This document shows positions 1-12,535 of a stretch of DNA of 64,000 nucleotides, piece by piece. The DNA is from Nemertoderma westbladi (lineage: Eukaryota > Animalia > Xenacoelomorpha): positions 17,528 through 81,527 of the forward strand of contig JAUCBJ010006543.1 in the NCBI GenBank assembly GCA_032718475.1. Reading direction: 5' to 3'. Under the pieces are notes generated by a model, which saw only the letters and a program-made list of their open reading frames with translations, was not told the origin of the DNA and did no database searches. The position numbers were made by a program, and so were the translations under genes. The stretch's first letter is position 1; the number at the start of each line of letters is the position of its first letter.

Positions 1-1064
1 CCACTAGACCTCGTAACGCTATGTCACACTTCACAACCAATCCACTACACCACGTAATGCTGTCACACTCCACAACACCCCCCCCCCCCTCACTGCACCT
101 CGTAACGCTATGTAACACTTCACAACCAATCCACTACACCTCGTAACGCTACCTCACACTTCACAACCAATCCACTACACCTCGTAACGCTACCTCACAC
201 TTCACAACCAATCCACTACACCACGTAATGCTGTCACACTTCACAACACCCCCACCCTCACTACACCTCGTAACGCTATGTCACACTTTACAACCAATCC
301 ACTACACCTCGTAACGCTATCTCACACTTCACAACCAATCCACTACACCACGTAATGCTGTCACACTCCACAACACCCCCCCCCCTCACCGCACCTCGTA
401 ACGCTATGTAACACTTCACAACCAATCCACTACACCTCGTAACGCTACCTCACACTTCACAACCAATCCACTACACCTCGTAACGCTACCTCACACTTCA
501 CAACCAATCCACTACACCACGTAATGCTGTCACACTTCACAACACCCCCCCTCACTGCACCTCGTAACGCTATGTCACACTTTACAACAAATCTACTACA
601 CCTCGTAACGCTATCTCACACTTCACAACCAATCCACTACACAACGTAATGCTGTCACACTTCACAACACCCCCCCCCCCTCACTGCACCTCGTAACGCT
701 ATGTCACACTTCACAACCAATCCACTACACCTCGTAACGCTACCTCACACTTCACAACCAATCCACTACACCACGTAATGCTGTCACACTTCACAACACC
801 CCCCCCCCCACACTGCACATCGCAACGCTATGTCACACTTTACAACCAATCCACTAGACCTCGTAACGCTATGTCACACTTCACAACCAATCCAGTACAT
901 CTCGTAATGCTACCTCACACTTCACAACCAAACCACTACACCACGTAATGCTGTTACACTTAAAAACACCCCCCACCCTCACTACACCTCGTAACGCTAT
1001 GTCACACTTTACAACCAATCCACTACACCTCGTAACGCTATGTCACACTTCGCAAGACCCCCCT
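1..1064. repeat. Satellite array, ~41-bp monomer (CCACTACACCTCGTAACGCTATGTCACACTTCACAACCAAT) with recurring variant monomers
   Basis: Directly visible tandem copies. A variant with CACGTAATGCTG and a poly-C tract recurs every 3-4 monomers. The array runs off the left edge. Confidence 0.95.
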
Positions 1065-2074
1065 TTACAAAACTCGCGCCATAAACAAAACAGTCAGAAA
1101 TTTATTTCGTTTACCTTTATTTAATGTTGAAACTGGTTTTCCTAACAGCGCCAGTGCTATGCTTGTTAATCTAGGTATTAAATCACTTATTGAAATACAT
1201 AGACATGCTCTATGTAGTTTGCATATACGTGTTGATAAATCTATAAACTCAATTATCTCTACTGTTCGCTTGGTGTGTCGCCCAGTCTCAGTATTATATA
1301 GTAACTTCATAACATTATGTAGATAGTCCAATTACTAATTTATTTTACGTCCTAATTAAACTTTACTATACTATAATACTCTGTGCTAAATATTAATATA
1401 TATCTATCTTTTACTGTACCATATCGGCTGCAATATGCTGAAATAAAGAAAAAAAAAAAAAATAATAATCATTCCGAAAATATATTTATAAAAAAAATTT
1501 ATAAAAATATATTTCCTCTAAATTTAAATTTAATACCCATATATTTTATCTCATTCCATATGAAATCCAGTCTGTATTAATTATAATTATGTCCATAATT
1601 ATTAGCAATGCCCCTTTAATGGAATATTTCTTATCTATTATATTTTTAAGTCTAACATTAAAATACAGAAATAATATTAATTCGGTGTATTTTAATGTAC
1701 TTTATTTATTGACTCACATTTTAAAATACGTATGTTTTTAACTATTATTTTACCTTTATTACTTTACCTATTACCTTTACTATTACTTATACTTAGAACT
1801 ATCTAACTGTATTAACTAAAGTTAATTTGTCAGCATATTTTATCTTTGTTTAAGTTACAGAATGGTGTAAATTTATATTAATAAATAATAATAATAATAT
1901 TACATTAGTTATTATTTATAAATATAATGTAGAACTTCGATCTTGACGACTTTCAAACAGGTGCGGAGAAGTTCCTACTGACAACTCCTCTTGTAACGAA
2001 CGTAACAACTACAAAACAAATATATTGAATAACTTATTATTAATCGCTTATTTAAGGGAGTAAAGTGAATCTTT

Positions 2075-2168
2075 GGGCCAAAACGTCCGACAAGCAAATC
2101 TTGTATTTCATTCATTGGGCCGAAACGTCCTAGGCCAAAACGTCTTAGACCGATAGGTCTGTTACCCT
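2075..2168 (-). mobile_element. Probable terminus of a non-autonomous DNA transposon with subterminal GG(C/G)CC(A/G)AAACGTC repeats
   Basis: Three to four short GGCC(A/G)AAACGTC repeats ending at GTTACCC, a style typical of MULE-like subterminal arrays. The partner end was not identified. Confidence 0.35.
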
Positions 2169-2230
2169 TCGCCAGCGAATTTGTAGGAGAGTGATAGGAT
2201 TAATTAAAGGAATGATAGTGGAGTTTATTA

Positions 2231-2232
<2 letters not shown>

Positions 2233-2275
<43 letters not shown>

Positions 2276-2724
2276 TAAATCACGAAACATGAAATTTAAT
2301 TTTTTCTAGAATCCCCTTATGTATTATATGAGGCCTATATAACATTAATTCTTTTATTAATAATATCTCGACTCAATGTAAATAATAATAATATCTCGAC
2401 TCAATGTAAATAAATCAAATTTATCGTCAGCTCTGAGTTTATTAAACTTTATTACTAAACGGGTTCAGAAAAAAAAAAAAGAGTTAAAAGGTAAAAAGAG
2501 TTCAGGGTCCATCGAATAGGTCACCCGGAGAGGGACAGCCCGTCGCCATAACAGACGCCGCGTTGCCCACTAGAATGGCCACCTGAATCCGCTGTAGGAG
2601 GAAGCGGAGTGAGCGGGGTTCGTGGGTGAACGCGTGCATTCGGGAGCCAACCTCCAGGAGGAAGGCCGCAGTCTCTGGGCCGGGGCGGCCGAGGGTCTCA
2701 AAGGCCACAGGTGGCCCGTACAAC
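2233..2724 (-). mobile_element. 5'-truncated CRE-clade non-LTR retrotransposon (C-terminus, 3' UTR, poly-A)
   Basis: Encodes PVAFETLG...FLLQRIQVAILVGNAASVM, a typical CRE/RLE C-terminal tail. Has a 42-nt poly(T) on + at 2233-2274 and TSD TTTATTAAG at 2224-2232 and 2725-2733. Confidence 0.85.
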
Positions 2725-4236
2725 TTTATTAAGTTGTACGGGAGAAGGATTTTATTGGTTTTGACACTTTTAATTTATGTGGTTGCGTGTTTCAGATCAA
2801 AGGGAATTGGAAATTAATGGATGCAGTAGGTTAGGCGGAATAGCGGGATTTGGTAGAACTAAGGAGAGTAGACGCACCTCCCCATCCCCTTCCCTCACCA
2901 GCCACATCCATATCTCTACCACAAACTGCTGTCACAGCAGCCAATGTATTGGTACATTAGATTGATACAAAAGCAACCTGGTTTACTGCCCAGCCCATCT
3001 CCAACCAATAATATTAGTTACTGGAATTATCCATCTATAGGATAGACATAGGACATATGAGCTATCGGTTTAACCAATTATAATTAACCTCCGCTACCAA
3101 CAACATTATAACTAACACCCCAGCAATGCCCCTTTCCAGATATCATCTGCACTATTGATCAGAAGCGCTATTGATTGGCTAATATCCTTGTTTTGCTTTG
3201 GTTGAATAATACCTTAGGCTTTAGTATATTAGGAAACCAACTACAACATTATTTTAGTTAGGCCTAGTGTATTGGGTTAGCTAGTGTATTGGGTTATTTT
3301 TAATATGTTGCAATGCCAGTACTCCTTCACAGACTGATGGTGTACTGGTAAACTACCTACCCTAAACCCTACTGGTACCGGTACAGGACTAGCTGATTGG
3401 TAATATCTGATTATATTAATTCTGATAAAATTAAAACCCAACCACATAATTTAATAGGCCTATACCGGTACGGTAGGTACCTTGTACCTGCTGTGCTCAC
3501 TCTTATCTGTTAAATATTAATTCTCATAAAATTAAAACCCAACCACCTAATTTAATAGGCCTATACCGGTACCTTGTACCTGAACCTGCTCTGCTCACTC
3601 TTATCTGTTATCTTCAACTCTATTCACTTCACTGCATTATTTAAACAAGATTCTTTATAATCCTTAGTTAGGTTATCTAATATAATAAATAATGTAGTCT
3701 ACAGTATTCTATATTGTTGCGAATTGCTACACACTACCGGTACTAGTGCTGTAGTGAGTTCTACATAATATACCGATACGGTACATCTGTGTATATTGTT
3801 ACTTCTTTAGTATCTAGTAGGTGTACTTATCTGACTCGTAGGAAGTTAGTTTTATTGACTGAGACCTCCAACTAACACAATTTTTTATGGAACAAGTAGT
3901 GGGCCTATTGCCTGTATCTTTATTTGACACAGACGGTTTTGTACAAAAGGCCTGTCAGCTACCAATTCTACATACATTGGTTATCAATTTGTAATTTATA
4001 ATATTTAATATAAAAAAAAATCCTTAGTTAATATTTATTGGTTAATTATTAGTAGGCCTACACTACAGTAAGTTGGTTTATTGATTATTAACTTTACATG
4101 CTTAGCTATATTTCAACCTGTGCATCATTAAAAAAAATCTAAATTAATATATACCAGTATAGTAATTAATTTACTATAATAAATAATATAATAATAATAA
4201 TAATAATAATTATTATTATATTTCACCTTTTATTAA

Positions 4237-5611
4237 CCCTTATTGTACACCTGGGGTCAAAAACGACCCCAGTGACCTAAATCTCTAATTTTTTCTTCAA
4301 TAGTTGTATGTGGGGTTCTGAACTTGATAGTACCTTCCTAGCACATGTAATTCTATGAAATACCATGAATATTTGTTTTGTTTATCTATTTGATATAAAA
4401 ATAAACACCTCTTTTTTAGCAACACTCCCTGTGACCGCCTGGGGTCAATAATGACCCCACTGATAAAATCAAATACAGGTTAGGGTGCACCTGCTCCTTT
4501 TTTTCGAAATTGGTGTTCTAGATAGTTTTATTTTGTTACACACCCCAAAAAATTGTTCCATGCCAAATTTTATGAAAATTGAACAATGTCTAGAGGGTAC
4601 ACACTCACACAAAGCACATGGCCAATTCCCGCCCCTTGGTGCAAGTGAGTCATATTCCCTATTTTTGTGATGATCAACTTCTAGTATTCCTACTGCATTG
4701 ATATTATGCTCATGAGAACCACAATGACCGATTTAGTTGTGTAGACACCTTCAAAACAAGCATAGAGCGAATAGTTTTTGAGATATTGCAGAAAATGTGA
4801 AGTCCAGTACAAGTCAACATTAGCACTTTGATGCGATATTGACAAATACACTAAAAATTATACTTCTAACTATCTCAAGGCATCCAGAATTTACACATAA
4901 CTGCAATCTCAATTTAGGTGATGTTGACCAGTTGACACTCTAAAAACTTGAGTTGAGTCATTTGTTCTCGAGTTATTGTACAAAATGTCTGGACTAGGTC
5001 AACTCAATATAAGGTCATTGGTGGACCTAGCCTTGACATTTTGTACAATAACTCGAGAACTAATCACTCAGCTAATATTTTTACAGTGTCAACATCACCT
5101 AAATTGATCATTGCAGTTATGTGTAAATTCTGGATGCCTTGAGATATTTAGAAGTATCATTTTTAGTGCATTTTGTCGATATCGCATCAAGGCGCTAATG
5201 TTGACTTGTGCCGGACTTCACATTTTATGCAATATCTCAAAAAATATTCACTCTATGCTTGTTTTGATGGTGTCTACACCAACTAAATCGGTCATTGCAG
5301 TTCTAATCAGCATAATATCAATGCAGTAGGAAAACTAGAAGTTGATCATCACAAAAATTGGGAATATGACTCACTTGCGCCAAGGGCGGGAACTGGCCAT
5401 ATGCTTTTAGTGTGAGTGTGGACCCTCCAGACATTGTTCAATTTTCATAAAATCTGGCATGGAACACTGTTTTGGGGAGTGTAACAAAATAAAGACATGA
5501 AGAAACTGTAGACCTACCATTTATTGGGGAAAAAATCACATTCAACTGAATGGGATCAAAAACGACCCCAGGTGGTGGAAGTGGCACTTTTACCACGTGT
5601 ACATAGGAGGG
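4237..5611. mobile_element. Non-autonomous piggyBac-type element with long internal inverted arms
   Basis: TTAA on both sides (4233-4236, 5612-5615) and CCCT...AGGG ends. The TIR CCCTCCT(C/A)TGTACAC is clearest in the second copy. Inverted arms run ~4528-5003 and ~5021-5492. Confidence 0.85.
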
Positions 5612-5615
5612 TTAA

Positions 5616-6585
5616 ATAAAATATTTAAAAACAAGGGAGAACATCAAGGTTTACAAAAACACTAACTGATGACAATTATACATTAAAAAGACAGACAAAC
5701 CAAATATACATAGTTCAATCATTAAAAATACTAATCAAAATCATTAATACAGTATAAACTTATATAAAATATAACCGAATAAAGTAAAAATAAAATAAGG
5801 CAAGTGAACTGATATTAATCTAAATTTCTAACTAATAATAATCTAATATTTTAAAATAACAATATCTTTTACCCGACTTTTAAAAACATTTATATTGGGA
5901 GAGTTAACTACTTCTACAGGTAATTCGTTCCATATATCAACTACGCGATTTGAAAATCTAAATTTACTAATTTGTAATCTGGCATATCGTTTAAATAATT
6001 TGAAATTATGACCTATATTGCTACGTTCACCATTTCCATAAGTAAAAAAATCATCAAAATTTAAATCAACACAGCTATTTATAATATTGTAAACCATTAT
6101 TAAATCTGATATGACGGTGCATTTCAAGTGGTTATAACTGTAGTTACGTTAATCGACAAGGTAACTCTTGCGATCTAGTTTACAGCGAGCAAAAAGACAC
6201 TGGGTAAAAAAGCGCTGTACTTGTTCAATCAAGTCAATAGTTCCAACGTTGAATGGTGACTGGTGTACAATACTCAAGTAATGGACGCAAATAAGCCTTG
6301 TAAGCGGTTAGTAGATCAAAGTATAAAAACATCGGAAAATCATATTAACTATTTTAAATGCTTTTTTTAACTTGTTCTCTAAAATATAAATTAAATTTTA
6401 AATATTGTAATTCCGAGATCACTGCATGACTCATCACTTGGCAATAATTTGTTAAACAAAATATATGGATACATGGTGGTACTACTACTTGTTGAAATAA
6501 TTGAAAATTGAAACTGAACATTTATGGGCAGCAATTGTAATTTGCCACTTAGTCGCCCAGTCTTCCAACTGATTCAATGCCAAAT
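5616..6585 (-). pseudogene. CR1-clade LINE 3' fragment (RT C-terminus and 3' UTR)
   Basis: DLIMVYNII...GHNFKL...FSNRVVDIWNELP...FKSRV is the characteristic CR1 ORF2 end. Stops and frameshifts lie upstream. Confidence 0.85.
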
Positions 6586-6754
6586 ATTATATGTAATATT
6601 ATATGTATCTGAGGCAAATCGGAGCAGAACTCAAATTCTGTTTAGCGGTGGTCCAGATGTATAACCCTTGGGCCAACATGTCTGGTTAATATGAAAATAA
6701 ATTAACCCGATAAAAGCCCATAACTGAGAAAAAGGCATGTTAAAACCAGTAATT

Positions 6755-7430
6755 AAGAAAAATAAAATTAATGAATTAAATACCAATAATATAGAAAAAA
6801 AAGGCAAGTAAAAACCAGTAATAAAGTAAAAAGGCAAGTAAAAACCGGTAATAAAGTATAGCAAAGTAAAGCAAGTAAAACTGATAATAAAGAAAAAAAA
6901 GATCAAGTGAAAACCGGTATGAAGGAAAAAAGGCAAGTAAAAACCGGTAATAAAGAAAAGGCAAGTAAAAACTGGAAATGAAGAAAAGAAAGGTCTTAAG
7001 TAAAAACCAGTAATAAAGAAAAAAAGGCAAGTAAAAACCAGTAATGAAGAAAAAGGTCTTAAGTAAAAACTGGTACTAGTAATAAAGAAAAAAAAGGCTA
7101 GTAAAAACCGGTAATGAAAAAAAATGCAAATAAAAACCGGAAATAAAGGAAATGGCAAGTAAAAACTGGTAATGAAGAAAAAAAGATCTTAAGTAAAAAC
7201 CGGTTATGAAGAAAAAAGGCTACTAGTAATAAAGAAAAAAAAGGCTAGTAAAAACCGGTAATGAAAAAAAAAATGCAAATAAAAAACGGAAATAAAGGAA
7301 ATGGCAAGTAAAAACTGGTAATGAAGAAAAAAAGATCTTAAGTAAAAACCGGTTATGAAGAAAAAAAGTAAAACTGGTAATGAAGAAAAAAGGTCTTAAG
7401 TAAAATCTGTTTATGAAGAAAAAAGGTTCC
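6755..7430. repeat. A-rich minisatellite, ~28-33-bp unit (GGCAAGTAAAAACCGGTAATAAAGAAAAAAA)
   Basis: Directly visible. The Phe/Tyr-rich ORFs here are artefacts of the repeat. Confidence 0.9.
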
Positions 7431-7935
7431 AAATGCTTTTATGACTTAAGTTGATATCTGCTCAACTAAACTGGGGCTAGATCTCCCCCTCCCCCCCCCC
7501 CCCCCCCCCAGGGGGCTAAAGGGGCAAGAAAAGAGCTGAAAAAATGGAACGATTCTTAGCAGTGGGTAAGAAATGGGTGTGGATTGGTCAGGAGTGGGCT
7601 AAATGTACCTTATATATGATTTTGGAGGTTTTGCTGTCACTTTTTGCCATTTCTCATTAAGACCAGCTTATAAAATGCGAGTGTAGTTCTTATTAGTTGT
7701 TTAGCCTGGGCTCTCAGTATAAAAAAAATTCTGCATTATGAAATAAAAAAAAGCTATATGTATATTTTTTGTCATCATATATTTGTTATTAAAAATAAAA
7801 AAAAGCTTATGTGTATATTTTTTATCATCATTTATTTGTTATTAAAAATAAAGTAAAATCGCTTATATTCTCAATTTCTCAGATATCTTATTTCTAAATT
7901 ATATTTGTTATATTTAATAATTCATGTTAGCAGAT

Positions 7936-9800
7936 TCAACCCGTTATGTGCTCCAACCAGAAAATGGGAGGGGTGCATTTCTGCGCATTGTGACGGATAT
8001 GTACTAATTTGGGTAGATACAGTATACCACATATGTAAGATACGCTGGAATCGTAACTAAAACCAAAAAGTTTTCTAATAATATTATTATATCCAACGCG
8101 GAATTTACTATATGTGGAGAGTGGAAAATTACTTCTCGCCCATAGGGAGTTACAGTAGATCTGAGTGCAAAATGACCTGAAAAGTTTTATTTTGACAATT
8201 TTTGAGCAATAGCTAAATTTACGTATTAAAAAGTTTCCTCTTCTATAAAGACTTGACAGTTGGTTAAGGATATCATAATTGTTGTCAGTTGTGTTGTGGA
8301 AAGTATTGCCTAAGTACTTGTATTTACTTACAGTTTCTATTGATTTACCATTAATACTGATAACAAGGCTATTTTTATATGATTTTGGTGTATAGGTTAT
8401 GAACTTAGATTTCTTAATATTAATAACGATGGAGTGCCTATCTGGGAAGTCTATGTAAGTATCAATAAGTTTTCTTAGACCAGCTATGGAATTAGAAACT
8501 AAAGACAGGACATCAGCGTACATTAAGTGAATACACCTATGTTTATTAAGTTGACAACCTATATTAGTATTGTTAAGTTCCCTACTAAGGTCGTCTACGT
8601 AAACAGCGTACAGATAACCAGATAGAATCCCCCCTTGTTTTGTCCCGTTTGTTACCGTAAAACTTTGAGTTTTGACATAATTTTGACGTAAAGCTTTGAA
8701 AACTTAAGAGTTTGAAAACGATACCAATACCTGATAATCCTAATATAAAAAGTAGAAATATTGCGATCAACTAATTTAGAGAATAATTTATAGTGATTAA
8801 CTAAGTCAAAGTCGAAGGCTTTAGAAGAGTCTATAAAACAAATGTAAATTGGGCTGTCATTATCCAAATAGTACTGTATTATTTCTTTTAAAGTGTATAT
8901 GAATAATTCTGTGCTTAACTTATTTTTGAAGGCAAATTGTGAATCGGAAGTAATTAGTTTTGCGCCAAATCGGTCAAGATATACTAATTCTAGAATTTTA
9001 CTACTAATTGATGCGAGATAGCAATGCCCCTATAATTGTCAAAATTTGTATTATCATCGTTCTTATCCTTCACAATGGGCAGGATATTGCAACGTATGAG
9101 ATCGTCATTTAAGTAGCCATGTACATTACAGATTGTGAAAATGGAAGCCAAATGCGAAAATAAACGAGCCATACCATTCATGTAATGTTCGCTGGCCAAA
9201 CCATCAGGGCCAGTTTTACCAGGGGACAATCTACAAACGGCTACAGCTACTTCGGCGTCTGTTACAAGCATACCGGTATCATTATTATACACAATATGAG
9301 TAAATATTGATTCAAGCTTTTCCTTGTCAGAGTCACTGTTGACCTTATTGTAAAGGGATGAGAATTTATCCTGAAAAAGGTTGCAAATGTCTTGCTCACC
9401 AACCGCACCACCAACTTTACTTGAAAGTGGGACGTTTGTACTGCAATGTTTCTTTACATTATTCCAGAAGTTGTTTTGATTATTGGAATACATTGACTCT
9501 GCAAGTTTATTAGCAGGAATACCCTTTTCCGTAAATTTACATTGTTTTAAAGCATGTTTGAACTCAAGTTTAAAATGTATATAATCACGAAATATTTGTC
9601 CTGCTCGGGGTCTCCCACTAGAGCGCCAAATACGAAAATGTAATCTTGATTCATCGTATTTCGATTTAATGAGATCGTTCCATCCCGGCACTGTATTACA
9701 TGTGTGGGACCCAGTTGGGTTTTTATTTTTAGGAATAGTTTGTTCAGCTGCCATATTAATAATACAGTTGAGTAGACAAAATATGACGTAATGGAATCAA
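7936..9800 (-). pseudogene. Degenerate LINE ORF2 (linker, RT and C-terminus), probably RTE-X-like
   Basis: VPGWND...GRPRAG, GPDGLASEH, NYRGIA, FIDSSKAFD, YAD(V), YKYLG and LYRRGN.LIRKFSYCS motifs, with frameshifts. The clade assignment is from memory of motifs. Confidence 0.8.
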
Positions 9801-9949
9801 TTATCAATGATACCTAGCTACTTGGAAGATGGTGAACACCTAATTTAATTATTATTTATTTTTACATTAGCAGATTGAGATTGAGTTCTTGAATATGAAA
9901 ATATAGAATACTCACTTTTGTAGAAAGTAGAGTCAATTTTATCATTCTG

Positions 9950-10114
9950 AATTGTGCCACTTATTACTTTTTTTTTATTTTTTTTAAACGATTTTTTGGT
10001 TTGTCGTTTTTGCTCGACCAAAAAGTCAATTCTTTGGTCAACCAAAAACTACTTTTTGGTTGACTAAAAAGTCAGTTAAAAAAAAGAAAAAAAGAAGTAA
10101 TAAGTGGCACAATT
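9950..10114. mobile_element. Small MITE (~165 bp)
   Basis: TIR AATTGTGCCACTTATTACT / AGTAATAAGTGGCACAATT, with internal TTTTGGTC(A/G)ACCAAAA palindromes. Confidence 0.7.
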
Positions 10115-10179
10115 ATTCAGCCACCATTTGACATTCAAATAATTCATACTAACTTACACAGTATCTTCTGTTTATTGTT

Positions 10180-10208
10180 GGCCCTTAAAAAAGGGCCGTT
10201 TTGGTTGG
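10180..10208 (-). other. Histone-3'-UTR-like stem-loop (orphan)
   Basis: The minus strand reads CCAACCAAAAC-GGCCCT-TTTTTA-AGGGCC-AAC. The loop is 2 nt longer than the canonical 4 nt, and no histone CDS is nearby. Duplicated at 33629-33657. Confidence 0.45.
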
Positions 10209-10223
10209 TAGGTCAGTTGGCCT

Positions 10224-11935
10224 TTATTTATTTATTTATTTATTATTTAATCCGGGCTAGCATACATCCCATATCAATATTACATACTGTAGAATGAATA
10301 TTATTTATGCACTTTATACGTAATTTATAGAATTACATATTTGTACCGTGGAACAGACCCCAGAGCTGGACGATTGATATAAGAGTAAATACCAAATTAA
10401 TATAATATATGTACACCAATTATTTATAATAACAATAATAAATAACACTTTAGTATAATGTTCACTGGCTAGTCCATCTGGACCAATCTTGTCACGAGAT
10501 ATCTTACCTACTGCAAATGCTACTTCAATGTCAGTCACAAACATATCCTTATTGAACTCAATGTTATTAAACATAGCTTCTACTTTATCCTTTTCAGTAT
10601 CACTGTTAACTTTATTATAAAGGTCCGCAAATTTTTCTTTAAAGAGATCACATATATCGTTTTCTCCTACCACAGTACCTGGAAAGAGGTACATTAGCAC
10701 CACAATGTTTTTTCACATTATTCCAGAATTCATTTTGGCTATCAGAGTACAGTGATTCTGCAAGTTTGTCAGCACGCAAATTCTTATCTCTACGCTTACA
10801 CTGTTTCAAAGCTCGTTTAAACTCAAATTTAGCATGCATGTAGTCATGGAAAATCTGTCCAGCCCTAGGGGATCCATGTGTAGGCCAAATACTCAAATAC
10901 CAAAAAATAGCCTCCTCGATTCATTATATTTATGTTTAACGAGGTCGTTCCAACCAGGTACAACCCTAGACTGCTGATGGGGAACTTTTTGGAATGGTCC
11001 GGTGCGTAAGCTAGCTTTACCACACAGACAATGGCATTATAATAATTATCAATTGCATTTTTATGCAGTGTACACCTACATTGTGCATCATGACATTCAC
11101 ATACGTTCTTAGGAATAATAATTTTACTAAGCAGATTATTTAGCACCAATTGATAATTAAGATTAGCAGCCATTGTTTTACTCCAGTCACATTTTTGCAT
11201 GGATGAATTTATTAAAGCAACTGTCACTATTATTACTCGATCTATTATTTTTCAGCACAGGTACAATACAAATTATCCATTCCAATATCCAAATTAAATA
11301 ATACTGGCATATGGTCTGAGACAGACAATTCATTGACTGTAACTGAATGCATCAACGGTACAACACTGCCAGTGCATGCCACATGGTCCAGCCATGAACA
11401 TGTATTATGAGCAGCACTCACGAATGTAAATGTTCCCACTGGAAGTAAGTTAATGTCATATAAAATCATATTCATATTTTTGCACCAATTATTGGTATAA
11501 TTAAAATAACGTGAGTCCGAGCCTGCATTAAAATCTCCTATCACGACACAGTGGGATGTATTCGCACAATCTATTATTGAACTGATCTTACCAAGTGTTT
11601 CTAAAAATTAATCATCGTTATCCGTGCATTCATTCGTAAGGCATATATATGTTTAACAGTAGGATTGTCATATTGTCATTTTTGTATTTAATCCCAAAAG
11701 TTCTCGGTTCCTTATAATCTATAATTTCAATGAATTGAGCTATATTATTTTTATATAAAAATCCAACTCCACCATATGGTCTATCTTGCAGTAGGGTGTC
11801 TCTGTAATCAACAGGCAAGATACCTCCAAGCAGACCAATCAAGTGCAAATCCTGCACAAGGCTGTTTAAACAATGTTACGCTGACTGATTCACATCTACG
11901 ACTGTAGCATCAATCACAGCTTTAAACTTACTGAA
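10224..11935 (-). pseudogene. RTE-X-like LINE with internal deletions (APE, linker, 3' UTR and (TAAA)n tail)
   Basis: RPYGGVGFL, NIYMP, IGDFNA, SWLDHV and SDHMPV (APE motifs). GPDGLASEH is joined directly to a 3' UTR ending in (TAAA)n. Confidence 0.8.
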
Positions 11936-12057
11936 TCGAGGAAAGCTAACCATTCCTTCAATTTCTGTTAACAACCTTGTGGCGGATTGCTTCAAAGTTA
12001 TATGTGCTGCCAAGAAACATCTAGAAACAATGAGACACTACAGAAACGCAGCGCTTG

Positions 12058-12098
12058 TCACACAAAAGTGCTGGAGAGGCTCCAGCACTTTTGTGTGA
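12058..12098. other. Perfect 19-bp hairpin with a 3-nt loop
   Basis: TCACACAAAAGTGCTGGAG-AGG-CTCCAGCACTTTTGTGTGA. Confidence 0.9.
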
Positions 12099-12535
12099 AC
12101 TCTGGGTTTAGATTTGGTTGCGTGGATCACAGATGTCAACAAGAACATCGTGTTTAGAACAGTTGTAAGTGTATTTGGCAACAAGTGTATTGATGAATCT
12201 CAGTTGGTTTGAGACGATTCCATTAAAAAATTCAAAACACGGCAGTGGGAAAAACATATTTACATCTGGGGATTCAAGCCAAAAGAATTGAGATTATTCT
12301 TTACACGGGGGTGGGGTCACTTACCACTTAATGAGTCTGAGCCCGGAGAGTCTTTAAACTGAGATATTTTCTACACAGATGGGGTCACAAGTCGAGTCCA
12401 CGCCCAGATTGACTCTATAAACTGAGATATTTCTCTACAGGGGGGTCACAAGTTGCGTTCGAGCCTGGAGAGACCCATTAAACGAAGATATTTCTCTGCA
12501 GGGAGAGACTCATTAAACTGACTTTCAACTGCCAC

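Noticed and set aside
6631-7432. Phe/Tyr/Leu-rich membrane-protein-like ORFs (also 29446-30461)
   Set aside because: These are translations of the T-rich strand of a minisatellite.
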